Part shown: piece after piece, positions 53,194 to 64,000 of the stretch
Position numbering within the stretch: the stretch's first letter is position 1
How the letters are laid out: every line of letters begins with the position of its first letter
Assembly: GCA_020137815.1 (NCBI GenBank)
Contig: CM035355.1
Location: 310,001-374,000, forward strand
Length of the DNA: 64,000 nucleotides
Direction of reading: 5' to 3'
Origin: Hormiphora californensis
Lineage: Eukaryota; Animalia; Ctenophora
Notes under the pieces: generated by a model
What the model was told of the DNA's origin: nothing
What the model saw: the letters and a program-made list of their open reading frames with translations, nothing else
Database searches by the model: none
Made by a program: the position numbers and the translations under genes

Positions 53194-53951
53194 CTATCTC
53201 TTTTTGAAGCCATACTTTTTCCGTTCATAAAACAGGTCAGTTTTTGAGCTTCCCAAGTTAACGATCTTGGGGCAATCCATCCCTGTCCTTCTCTTGGACG
53301 GTGCACTCCTTGCAGTAGTAGGCATCAGACACACCCGGCCCTCCACAGATCACACAACGACCCTGAGTGAGGAGAAATAGGGATTCATTGAAACCCTGAG
53401 AGTGAGGGAAAATAGGGATTAGTGAACTATAGTGACCCCCCTTGTGCGAGGGGAGAAAGGGATAAAAGAATATATGACAGCTAAATTTAGTTTAGTAAAT
53501 CATAGTGGTTGAGTCCAGTTGAGTTGAACCATTGAAACCACACTGACAGCTTTGTACCAGTTTGTGCATGACGCGTCATACCCCACCCTCTTCCAGCATA
53601 CCCCACCCTCTTCCAGCAGACTACCGTGGGGACTGGGGTAGGGAGGGGGATAATGAAATACCTGGTAGGAGCCGTAGTTACACTCATCACAGATCCTGAC
53701 CAGGTTATTAGGACGGACAAACGAGTCACAAATCACACACCTCCCATCACCTGGAGAAAGAGAGAGGGGGGTGTGAAAATTAACAACTTTCTTACAGCAT
53801 TGCCCCATGTCTTGTCACATGTATGTTCGTGACCATGGTATAGTTGTTCTGAAGAAAATTCTGCGGAACACTTACATTTTTCACAGAGACGCCCAATGGC
53901 CACGCCTGGCTGTTTTCTACACATGATCAGATCCGGGTGATGTTTCGCCAT
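53194..53951 (-). CDS. PHF5A: PHD finger-like domain protein 5A (SF3b14b/Rds3); 3 exons
   Basis: Exons 53951-53876, 53750-53662, 53362-53194: [39 protein letters not shown]...[27 protein letters not shown]...DRDG(C)[25 protein letters not shown]. One extra base at ~53274-53275. Confidence 0.95.
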
Positions 53952-54868
53952 AACTCGGGACGATGCTAAAACATGCGGTTAATGTTAATTAGTTGATCAT
54001 CATGTCAGTATTATTAGTGGGTCATTGAAGAAACATTAATTTCAACCATGGATGACTTATCATGGATGACATAGTGTCATAACATTCTTTGCCATGTAGG
54101 ATATGGTCTTTACAATGTAAAATATCCAATACGAAAGTTAAATCATGACCCACAACCATTATAAAATGTATGATATACATCCCTCCATGGCGCGTTTGGT
54201 CCGATGTGCTAACATATTTTAATTTCCTGGCGCAATTCCAAATTCTGTTATCGTTGCGGTAGAATTAGGGCGGTGGTTTTCATCACGAGATGAATGTTTA
54301 CTTTTTAACTCCAATGTTTTGTCGCAATTTTACCTATTGAGAATTTTGTCAGTAATTGTTTTTAGGTCAACCGTTTTGTTCATTATTACGTAAGGTGACG
54401 TTAATTAGGCTTGCCTTGCTCGTCCTTGTTTCACTGTGCGAAAGGAGGGTTAGAGCATAACAAAATTAGGTTTGTTGCATCATCTCGCAATAACATGCCG
54501 TGAAATACTTTAGGTTCAGGTCACGAATTACCCAGGAGGTGACCCAAAGGTGACATTTTTGCAGCTGAAAAGCAGTTGAACTGCGATGATTTTACTAAAA
54601 ATTGAACTTCAGTTTGTATTTTACTAAAATAATTGGATTTGGGAAATTTAGACGGGAGTCCAAACGCATGGGCTATTTTCTGTATATAATGTGTGCTTCT
54701 AGTAGCTTCATGTAGCAGTTTTTATACGGCTCCATGTCGTGTATTTCTTTGCTATGTATTGGTACATATATTTGTGGTTTTCTCTTTTGTAGCTGCTTCA
54801 CACCCAACGTGACACTGCCAGTTGCATCTCACCAGTTGTATGTAATGAGCTGGGCGAGAGAGAGAGAT

Positions 54869-54967
<99 letters not shown>

Positions 54968-55523
54968 TGGATATTATAGAGAGAGAGCTAAACAAAGTGA
55001 TGCTATAGAGTATAGAGGAGTTCAGATGTACCACTAATTAGTATACACACTAATTGCAGTACATGCGAGGTGGTTGGATCACAATGTCATCTGCCTCAGT
55101 ACCCCCCTCATATTAGTCACTACTGTACTCCCTCTTTCTCTCTCCTCTTACTAGTCACTACTGTTATACTCCCTCTTTCTCTCTCCTGTCATTATACTTC
55201 TCTCTCATTCCCTTTGCTTCTCTTTGAGATCTTATCCTGTAGCTCTTCAATCTGTTTTAGATATTTGTTGTTTGGCGCAACGTTTTCTCAGCATGCCACA
55301 TATGGTTATAGTACCAGTTGTAGGAGTAAACTTAGCTTAGTTGTTGAATGATACCTCTCTATTGATCTCCCTTGGGCGTGAGAGGTAAACTTGTTACCAA
55401 GATTGCAATTGGACTGTTCAAATCCCGTTCAAATTTTAAACATTCTGAGCATGTGATGCTTGCGACTATCATTATCAAATGCAAAGTTTACGTTATGCTT
55501 CACATAGATCTTGAGCGTCTTAA

Positions 55524-56821
55524 GGGTACACCTGGCGTTTTTCATCATCGAGTGCCCAACCAAATGACTTCACCAGGGTTTAGGCCATACAAAATGGACC
55601 TCAAATATGCAATTTTAGCCCTAAAGTCGAATTCATATTTTTGCTACAGCCTATTTTCAAAGTGGCGTTTTTTCAATTTTTGTTGAAATTTTTAACCTCA
55701 GGACCACTTTTTTTGAGATAGAAACATTAAATTCTTGGAATTTGAAGAGAATATAAAGGTGAATAAGCCCAAAGAAGGATTTTTGAAATGGAGCTTATTT
55801 CTGGCCATGAGAACGGTTTACTTTTTTGCTTCTTTGACACGCTGGCTGAGAATGTTCCCATGCTTCATTAGAGATGAAAATCTGGAAATAGTTGCTCAAA
55901 ACGATTATCTATGTGGCCCAAAAATTTTGAAACTTTCCCGCCAAAGATGTGGTGTACAGAGCTTTTTTTGTGAAACCTGTCTTTTTGAAAAAGAGGGAAA
56001 TTCTCTGTATCTCAAAAACGGATGATCATAGAGACCTGGGACCAAGCTTAATCGATTCAGAAGGTCCGATTTTGGGGGGGTCTTCTGAGAGACATTTTGC
56101 TCCTACTCCAACCGATTTTGCTGTAATTGCAAAAAACTAATTCTATGAAAAGGGGAAACAACTCTATTCCAGTAGCCTGCTTCGGGCTGATTTCCCCCTT
56201 ACTTGCTGATACCTTTTTCGCAATTACAGCAAAAACGGTTGGAGTAGGAGCAAAATGTCTCTCAGAAGACCCCCCCAAAATCGGACCTTCTGAATCGATT
56301 AAGCTTGGTCCCAGGTCTCTACAATCATCCGTTTTTGAGATACAGGGAATTTCCCTCTTTTTCAAAAAGACAGGTTTCACAAAAAAGCTCTGTACACCAC
56401 ATCTTTGGCGGGAAAGTTCCAAAATTTTTGGGCCACATAGATAATCGTTTTGAGCAACTATTTCCAGATTTTCATCTCTAATGAAGCATGGGAACATTCT
56501 CAGCCAGCGTGTCAAAGAAGCAAAAAAGTAAACCGTTCTCATGGCCAGAAATAAGCTCCATTTCAAAATCCTTCTTTGGGCTTATTCACCTTTATATTCT
56601 CTTCAAATTCCAAGAATTTAATGTTTCTATCTCAAAAAAAGTGGTCCTGAGGTTAAAATTTCAACAAAAATTGAAAAACGCCACTTGAAAATAGGCTGTA
56701 GCAAAAATATGAATTCGACTTTAGGGCTAAAATTGCATATTTGAGGTCCATTTTGTATGGCCTAAACCCTGGTGAAGTCATTTGGTTGGGCACTCGATGA
56801 TGAAAAACGCCAGGTGTACCC
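55524..56821. mobile_element. 1.3 kb foldback element with TTAA TSD (Kolobok-type termini)
   Basis: TTAA|GGGTACACCTGGCG ... CGCCAGGTGTACCC|TTAA. Arms of ~610 bp are near-perfect reverse complements. RR..YY ends with a TTAA TSD fit Kolobok rather than piggyBac. Confidence 0.85.
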
Positions 56822-56959
56822 TTAAGACCTATCATTCTCTTTCTTTCTCTCTCTCCTTCTTTCTCTCTCACTCTCTCTCCCTCTCTCTCTCACCCACAAG
56901 GAAGTTAATAGTTTTATTGCACAACGATGTAGTGATAGCTACAGCTGTTGGTAGTGGAT

Positions 56960-57015
<56 letters not shown>

Positions 57016-57037
57016 GAGATCGAGAGAAAGAGTGAGA

Positions 57038-57121
<84 letters not shown>

Positions 57122-58164
57122 TACAAGATGAGTGCAGGGTGCCTATAACTGCAGCTGCTTCAGTAGCTACTTCGCCCATTGTTATTATCTACATCAGATA
57201 CTTGGGAGTTGGGCGTCGTCAATCGTCACCCTGGAACGTAGGAGTGAACCCATGAACACCCGATACCCGAGAGAGGCAATCCCTTCTTGTTTTGCTACGC
57301 TTAGTGAGCCGCTTGTTCTCGTGAACCCTAGATATACTTTTTGCAGACTGTTCCAATCTTGTTTTACCGAGTCCAACTATCCATTCATAATCTTGTTAAC
57401 ACATAATTTCTGTTTACACGACACATCTGATATCTTGCATCTTGGTAATCATTAATCATCTTTCCAGGCAATGTCGAAACAGCACTAACACTATATCCAG
57501 TGGAGCCAGATTTTATCAGATACTAATTTACTATTCAGTGGAGTCAGCTACTAATTCATTACATGGGAAGAAGCAGACGCATCGAGTATCTCTCAATCTA
57601 CAATAAACGCAGCCGTTTTGGGTTCAATGGGGCTAGATTTTTGGTAATCGCAACGCTAACCTATCAGGAGCAGGAGACTGTATGGCGGGCAAACCCTAGA
57701 CTTTATCATTCCATGTTTTCGTATTGCTAACAACGGGACGTGGGTGTATGGCACAAAACTGAGAGACTGATGCATTCTTGTTGTAATTTCAGAGTTTTTA
57801 TTCCCTCCCCCTGTATACCAGTTTAATATACAAGATATAAAGTTGTGTAACATTAATTAATTAATAACCCCTCTTCAAAATCAAGATTACTATATTATGT
57901 ACAATTACAGATAGGGATATGAAAAGTTTACAATTCACTTTTAATAGATTATGTACAATGTCTCACTCAAATCAATAAAAATCGAACTGGCCGCTATAAA
58001 AATAGTTTTCCGAAAACTGAAAAAAACTGACTTAAAATGATATGTCGTGGTTACTGTTTAGTGTTTATATAAACCATCATGTCATTAACCATTATCAAAA
58101 GTTGAAAATAACACTCTTTATCTACATGTATGTAATAATACACAGGGCGTGGATAACGGACCGC

Positions 58165-58710
58165 CTAATCCTCTGACAATAATCCCTCAGGATCTTCCTC
58201 AATCAAATCCCTCAAACTGGGAGAACTGGCAATCAACAACTCTGAACACCGCACCATATCGATCGACAACTCCGAACTAACTGAACTTGTTTCACTCGGC
58301 CCGTCTCTCTCAACATTACTCCGTGCCATCCTCAGCATATCCTTTAGGACATTAGTGGAGATTGTCACGTACGCATCCCGAGTATCCCCGCTAGGAAACT
58401 CATCCTCCCCAGGGATGTGCACGAGGCTGTTCCGCTGATAAAACATGTGCTTTGTAACAAACTGCTTGAATTGTGGATCGAGGGATGATTTCTTTATTTT
58501 CTCCCCAGCTGGCATTTTCTTGGATGTCACAGGGGGAAGAAAGTGCTGAGCAATCAATATCTCCACATGTTTAGTGCTGATTACAACTAGTTCAATATCT
58601 GAGACGAGAAGAAGACGCTCCATTAGTTTGTCCACATCTATCTCAGTGAGGAGTCGTCGACTGGATAGGGCCAGGGGCGAGGGGACATCTGGAGTTGTAG
58701 GGGTTGTCAT
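58165..58710 (-). CDS. Orphan family protein, paralog 1 (181 aa, intronless CDS)
   Basis: Open ORF aligning with the 59025-59747 and 61156-61761 products (LLVSDIELVVISTKH, KKSSL, YQRN.LVH.PGED.F, RCSELLIASSPSLRDLIEEDPEGLL). Acceptor TTTTTAG 4 nt before the ATG. Confidence 0.75.
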   Translation of the reverse strand: MTTPTTPDVPSPLALSSRRLLTEIDVDKLMERLLLVSDIELVVISTKHVEILIAQHFLPPVTSKKMPAGEKIKKSSLDPQFKQFVTKHMFYQRNSLVHIPGEDEFPSGDTRDAYVTISTNVLKDMLRMARSNVERDGPSETSSVSSELSIDMVRCSELLIASSPSLRDLIEEDPEGLLSED

Positions 58711-59024
58711 GGTGCTAAAAATCTAAAATGGGAAAAGCGTTGATTTTAGTTCGTTACAGTTGATAGCAAACTCGACAATCGTTACCACAATTCAAAAACA
58801 AACCGCAATCAATTCAAAATTATTAAAGCTCTTTAAATAAAATTTACAAACATCAAAAATACCCAAATACAAAATACCCAATACGCAATATGCAAAAACA
58901 AATTATCCGTCTTAAATGCTCAAATCTACAGTTCGCATAGTTCCATTTTTCCTTAGGCATCCCGCTGAATGCTAGATGCCTTTATGATTTCTTGGTTTTC
59001 TTTGACATCAAATTTATCCAATCT

Positions 59025-59747
59025 CTACCACTGGAAATTTTCTGGTGGGGAACGCTGAAATACCTCATCACATAATAATCCCTCTGGATCTTCTTCAATC
59101 AACTCCCTCAAACTGGGGGAACTTGCGAGCAATAAATCAGAACATCGCTTCATTTCATGGGACAACTTCCACAATCCAATGTGATTTTTGTGAACCTTCG
59201 GTACAGTTTCTACAAAGCTACTATTTGGATCCTCAGGACCCTGAGCAACAAAATCGAAATACACTTCTCCACTAATCAAGTCCTTCAGAACACCGGCACA
59301 GATCGACATGAAAGCATCCTTGCCCTCTTTTGTAGTAAAGTTGTCTTCACCCGGCGTGTGGACAATATAGTTCCGTGGGTACACTATATTTTCTATGATA
59401 TATTTTTTCATATCTTCGTTAAGAAATGATTTCTTTACCAACATACCCCCTGTTAACCTTTTACTGGATAGATAATTTGTAGGAAATAAAGTAAAACGAT
59501 CCACGATAATAGTATCTAGATATTTGCTGATGATCACAACCAGTTCAATATCAGTAACTAAAAGAAGGTCTTCCATAAGATCATCCACATCAGTCTCAGT
59601 CTTGAGAGGTCGACTAGATAGGGGCGACGATATCTCTTGAAGTATCTGCCGGGGTGGCTCACATTTGGGGGCTGTTATAGACATGGCTTTCTTCGCTTTT
59701 TTCTTCGCCTTCAGGTATGCCTTCTTTCTGGCCCGTCGAGTTTTCAT
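59025..59747 (-). CDS. Orphan family protein, paralog 2 (240 aa, basic N-terminus)
   Basis: Open ORF with the same conserved blocks. K/R-rich N-terminus MKTRRARKKAYLKAKKKAKK, which is NLS-like. Confidence 0.78.
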   Translation of the reverse strand: MKTRRARKKAYLKAKKKAKKAMSITAPKCEPPRQILQEISSPLSSRPLKTETDVDDLMEDLLLVTDIELVVIISKYLDTIIVDRFTLFPTNYLSSKRLTGGMLVKKSFLNEDMKKYIIENIVYPRNYIVHTPGEDNFTTKEGKDAFMSICAGVLKDLISGEVYFDFVAQGPEDPNSSFVETVPKVHKNHIGLWKLSHEMKRCSDLLLASSPSLRELIEEDPEGLLCDEVFQRSPPENFQW

Positions 59748-60146
59748 GGTCTAACTCTAAGGACAAGAAATTGGAAGTAAAATTATTCAAATGGAATAGC
59801 AATACAGAAAAACATCTCCACTGAAGAAATATATACAGCAAACTATGTAAAATATGACTCGTGAAAAAGGGCAAATAAGTCCACTAAAATTCAGATAAAA
59901 TACAAAATTGCCTGGCTAGACTGTGTTTCGGGCGCCCCGTACAAATGTAAAGGGAGGGTTAGAACATAACAAATACAAAAGGCCCGCCCGTGTCTTGTTA
60001 CACGTGTTGCATATGCAATCTGCAATAATCAAGTTGTTACTGTTTTGTTGATGTTATGGACAATTGAGACTCGGTGTATATACAGTATACACGGTATGTT
60101 GAGGAAGTGGCTGACCGTTGTCACCACAAGTGGCAAGTTCGTTTTA

Positions 60147-61149
60147 CAGGGTGTCCCACTGTCTTTGCGTGACCTGAGATTTTGGGTCATGACCGGGCTC
60201 CATTAAATTAACCAAAACTCATCGAAAAATTGGTCAAAATGGTTCTAACAAAAACCAGTGTTCTAGAGAATTGTCTGGCGAACATTTTAGTTGCAAGATT
60301 GACTTTCCAAGTCTTACTAATCGTCAGATATATCGTCGTAAAGTCAAAATTACGTGTTCATGAAATCTGACCGGGGTTCACGTTTTGAAAAATTCACAAA
60401 TGCAAAGTTGCTCGGATCACATTGCATTCCTCATAAGAGTTGTAGGAAATTGTCTGGCGGTCATTTTGGTACCCGGGTTTTTATCCTAGCTCAATGTTTA
60501 GAGTGTCTTATGACTGTCAGAACTGGAATTTTCCCTAAAGTGCTCTCAGGTATCGCATTGCATTTTGCCCTGTTATGAAGCTCATAGCTGCTTGAATAAC
60601 ATCTTAGTGCATGATAGGGTTGAGATAGACCACTTGCGTATCCTACACATTAACAGGGGCCTTGCCAAATCGTCATAACAACCCTGTCAAGTGTCTAGAT
60701 GAAATTGAGATGATATGTGCTGATTATCATGGGATTACACACGACACCGAGCCACCTAATTAGGGGTTGTGAGCCGATACCAACTAAGACTCAGCATAGA
60801 AAAATCTTCATGTTCCTACAGTCATAACGCAACTTAAACGCAGAGGTATGAAAAAAAAACATGGTATCAAAATGAACATTAGACGATTCCAATGAAGCTC
60901 TTGTAAATTTCAAATCATTTTACCCATTTGTTGATGACACGTTTGTTTTTGACTTTAGGACGATATATCTGACGATTGGTAAGACTTGGAACGTCAATCT
61001 TGCAACCAAAATGTTCGCCAGACAATTCTCTAGAACACTGGTTTTTGTTTGAACCATTTTGACCAATTTTTCGATAAGTTTTGATTAATTTGACGGAACC
61101 CGGTCATGACCAGTAATCGCAGGTCACGCAAAGACAGTGGGACACCCTG
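60147..61149. mobile_element. Tc1/mariner-type non-autonomous element, ~200 bp TIRs
   Basis: TA|CAGGGTGTCCCACTGTCTTTGCGTGACCTG ... CAGGTCACGCAAAGACAGTGGGACACCCTG|TA. Arms stay similar to ~60350 and ~60945. Confidence 0.85.
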
Positions 61150-61155
61150 TACTAC

Positions 61156-61761
61156 TCACCACCACCATAATCCTGACAATAATCCCTCTGGATCTTCTAC
61201 AATCATCTTACTCAAACTGGGTGAACTGGCGAGCAACAAATCCGAACACCGCTTCATTTCAGGAGCCATGTTCCAATTGCGAAAAATTTCCCTTGCCTCA
61301 ACATGGCCAGATTGCATTTCTATTCCAGATTGGACTTTTGTAATAAGGCCATCAAAAGGTTTCCTATTGTATTCTCCGGTGAGCATTTCCTTCAATATAC
61401 TGGTACATGTAGATATGAAACGCATCCCTGACCTCCTTTGTAGCAAAGTTATCTACACCTGGTGTATGAACCAGATCGTTCCGCTGGTACAGAATGTGAA
61501 CTGATATCAACTTTTTCATACCTTCATTTAGTGATGATTTATTCACTTTCATACCGGCTGTTAATCTTTTACTAGAAATATATCCAGGAAGGAAACGGTC
61601 CACAATAACAGTCTCTACATGTTTACTGGTGATCACAACCAGTTCAATATCCGATAAGGGCAGAAGACCTTTCATTAGTTCGTCTACATGACTCTCAGTC
61701 TCGAGAGGTCGACCAGATAGGGGCGACGATATCTCTTGAAGTATCTGCTGGGGTGGCTCAC
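61156..61761 (-). CDS. Orphan family protein, paralog 3 (5' end lost in the gap; one +1 frameshift)
   Basis: ..EPPQQILQEISSPLSGRPLETE..LSDIELVVITSKH..RDAF / ISTCTSILKEM..MKRCSDLLLASSPSLSKMIVEDPEGLL. The frame switches at AAA 61418-61420. Confidence 0.65.
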
Positions 61762-61861
61762 NNNNNNNNNNNNNNNNNNNNNNNNNNNNNNNNNNNNNNN
61801 NNNNNNNNNNNNNNNNNNNNNNNNNNNNNNNNNNNNNNNNNNNNNNNNNNNNNNNNNNNNN
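61762..61861. other. Assembly gap (100 N)
   Basis: Run of n. Confidence 1.
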
Positions 61862-61949
61862 TACCGAATCAGGAAATACTGGTCCTGATTGGCTGATAAC
61901 CAGTCACATGACCATAATACTTTTTACTTTGTTTGGTCGGTTCTTCCTG
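61862..61949. repeat. Short interspersed repeat (HVTGYQPIR-type)
   Basis: ACCGAATCAGGAAATACTGGTCCTGATTGGCTGATAACCAGTCACATGACC...GGTCGGTTC. A shorter relic AGGAACCGAC..GTCGGTTCCTG lies at ~22882-22912. Recalled as an abundant Pleurobrachia repeat, not verified. Confidence 0.5.
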
Positions 61950-62599
61950 CCCTGCCTAACAGTAAACTCTCTCCAGGGTGTTTGGTCCATTTCCAGCGGC
62001 CCGCTGTTACATTCTCTGGGCTCCCCTGGCAGTAGGACCTCATCTTTACTCAATGGGTCCTTTAAATGTCCTTTGGATTACAATGAAAAAAAAAAACAAA
62101 AGGAGACGCCCCTAAACTACTGAAGCACCGAGGATAACCAACTGACTGCCATGGCGGTAAGCAGAATAAATTAAGAACTAAAAACCCTACTAATATTTGT
62201 AGAGGACTTGAATCATGAAATTCTCCTCACTGCTGCGCCTCCAAAGGCGTTTGCTCTTAGTGCGATTCTCGGGACTGGTTTGGATTTTTGGTTTCTTTGT
62301 TCTTTCAACAAACCAATTATACCTATCTGAATGCGCTCTTCATGCTTTACATTCCTCAGTTGCCCACAGGTTGTTTTTAATGTTATTTCTCTTTACTGTT
62401 GATCTGGTAGAACCACGGGACAGTTTAGTGTTTATTTGGCAGCGAAACCATTTTCAATTGAATGATCACCCACTCTCCCTTGTAACGCAGTTACCCCTTC
62501 CCTTGCCGGCGGGAAGTGTGACTGTCTTCGAACTCCCCCTACAGCTATGTACCTGATCCAATCCCCTCACGCGTCTTGATCGCATGACACGATCGCACC

Positions 62600-62950
62600 C
62601 TCCAGGGTATCAATGACCTGGATAATTCATGGAGCTTGGAACAAGGAGTTTCGCAAGACTGGAGGAAGAGTGGAATGCTCGAGCACAACTACGTGCAATC
62701 TCCCCATGATGTCAACCACCATCAATACACCATCCCAAAACACTTACCTAGAAACCTCTCGAACTTTCTGTTTGAAACTGTTCACTGTAAATCTGCCAAC
62801 AAAGCGACTCACCGAATACAAGCCCAGAGGAGGTTGAAACAGGGACTGTGTGTCTACTGTGGGACTTAAACTCTTGGACGTTTTCCCATAAAAACTCCAC
62901 AGATAAACATATATGTGAGCATTCGAAACAAGCCATTTGATCTAAGACAA
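62600..62950 (+). pseudogene. Degraded non-LTR retrotransposon (L1/Tx1-like) C-terminal zinc-finger remnant
   Basis: HLPRNLSNFLFETVHCKSANKATHRIQAQRRLKQGLCVYCGT resembles the region before and including the CxxC of the LINE ORF2 C-terminal zinc knuckle. Interrupted by stops. Confidence 0.35.
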
Positions 62951-63477
62951 TTTCGAGGATAATAACACTTTTTTGCTATTTGACAATTCCATATTATTAT
63001 TGTTCCTTTTTGAATGTTAGTTCCTCAACAAATGAATCTGCTGTGGTTCTGTGTACTAGCATAAAATAGCATCTCCAAAGTAAACCGTGTGGAGAGACGG
63101 TGCATTGCATTGCATTGTCATGGGGCAGACCGCGAATTAGGTATACCCATTGATTTTCTGAGCGTGCCCGGCGACCCGATCTTTTCAAAGTATGGATGTG
63201 ATGAGAGTAGAGAGGAAGAAAAACGCTAGAACATAAAACGAAAGATCATTCCAACCATCATTGCATGTGGATATTTTCCATCTCTGAAGAGAAAAGTACC
63301 TTGCAAAAAAGTACACCAATATGGCTGAAAATATGGCCTGGTGTGTTCTGACGCGAAGTCTAAAAACCCAAAGTCCAAAAGCGACTTGAAAAGCACTGTG
63401 AAAGGGGTCTGCAGAGTGCAGTGGCACATGTCAAAAACTCGACACAGCCTTTCTTTCCTCACCATTTAAAACCGACA

Positions 63478-63960
63478 ACACCTCACAGTTTTGGCTCAAT
63501 CTAAAGTTTTATCTGTCGAAATATCAAGCAAGCCCTACGCCCAACCCCACCCTACCTAGCCCTAACCCTAACCCCACTTTAGCCCTACCCTAAAAACACC
63601 GTGATTGTGGACCTCAAAACATCGGGCCCGTTTTACGATCTGGGTGTTTGGAGCCTGTTTTAGCAGGTGCGCGCCTCCAAAAATTTGATTCACTAAAAAT
63701 GGCTCTAACCGCCAAACCACTCACAACCGTTTTGGCTGATTCCAAAGTTTCTGTGTAGGGCAATATCAGGCCTAACTCCCAACCCAACCCCAACCCAACC
63801 CTACACCCTACTTTATAGGGCCCTAACTACTCTAAACACCTTTGTCGCACTCTCCCAAAACACCCAATTTTAACAGCTGGCCCAAAACTCGGAAAACGTT
63901 AAAATCTGGGTGCCTTCCTTGCTAACAATTGTCATCGATTTTGGGCGGTCTCGAGACGTT
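63478..63960. repeat. Two diverged ~240 bp direct repeats containing CCTAACC/CCCTAA-like motifs
   Basis: CACTCACA..GTTTTGGCT..T.CAAAGTTT..AATATCA.GC..CCAACCCCA..CCCTA..AAACACC..ATCTGGGTG occurs at ~63480-63650 and ~63718-63912. Confidence 0.55.
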
Positions 63961-64000
63961 GTTAGTGCTGTTGTTAGGGTCGGGTAGGGTTTTGTTTGGG

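Noticed and set aside
55372-56871. Mirror-image ORFs on both strands (e.g. 55735-56025 and 56057-56566)
   Set aside because: By-products of the foldback palindrome; no transposase motifs.
46481-61420. +1 frameshifts in ICE1 (46481-46483), the GTPase (52931-52933), PHF5A (53274-53275) and orphan paralog 3 (61418-61420) as pseudogenisation or programmed frameshifting
   Set aside because: Each is a single extra base in a short homopolymer, with no shared slippery motif, in otherwise intact genes including essential PHF5A. This is typical of homopolymer sequencing error; raw reads or cDNA would settle it.
63540-63830. CCTAACCCTAACC as telomeric repeat
   Set aside because: Only about two degenerate units embedded in a larger interspersed repeat; not a telomere array.

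Overview
Eukaryotic, intron-containing, microsatellite-rich draft genomic sequence. It is most likely from a ctenophore, probably Pleurobrachia; this is inferred from a recalled spliced-leader-like sequence and a recalled repeat family and was not verified. The first ~30 kb is gene-poor, with MITEs, foldback palindromes, (AG)n tracts and one small 4-exon membrane-protein gene carrying an RVxF motif. From 31 to 62 kb the window is gene-dense. It holds two tandem KDEL-receptor genes, the second divergent at functional residues and with a new C-tail. It also holds a compact same-strand cluster: a 4-exon CENP-X gene has an intronless DNAJC16-like gene nested in its intron 2, and an ICE1-like gene starts 1 nt after the CENP-X stop, behind four tandem copies of the same splice acceptor. 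Further on are an atypical Rho-like GTPase convergent with PHF5A and three tandem paralogs of an orphan family. Two small TSD-flanked insertions carry hammerhead-ribozyme cores. One is an inverted pair in which each core lies directly behind a spliced-leader-like sequence, suggesting a retroposed trans-spliced ribozyme RNA. Several +1 frameshifts in short homopolymers are treated as sequencing errors.
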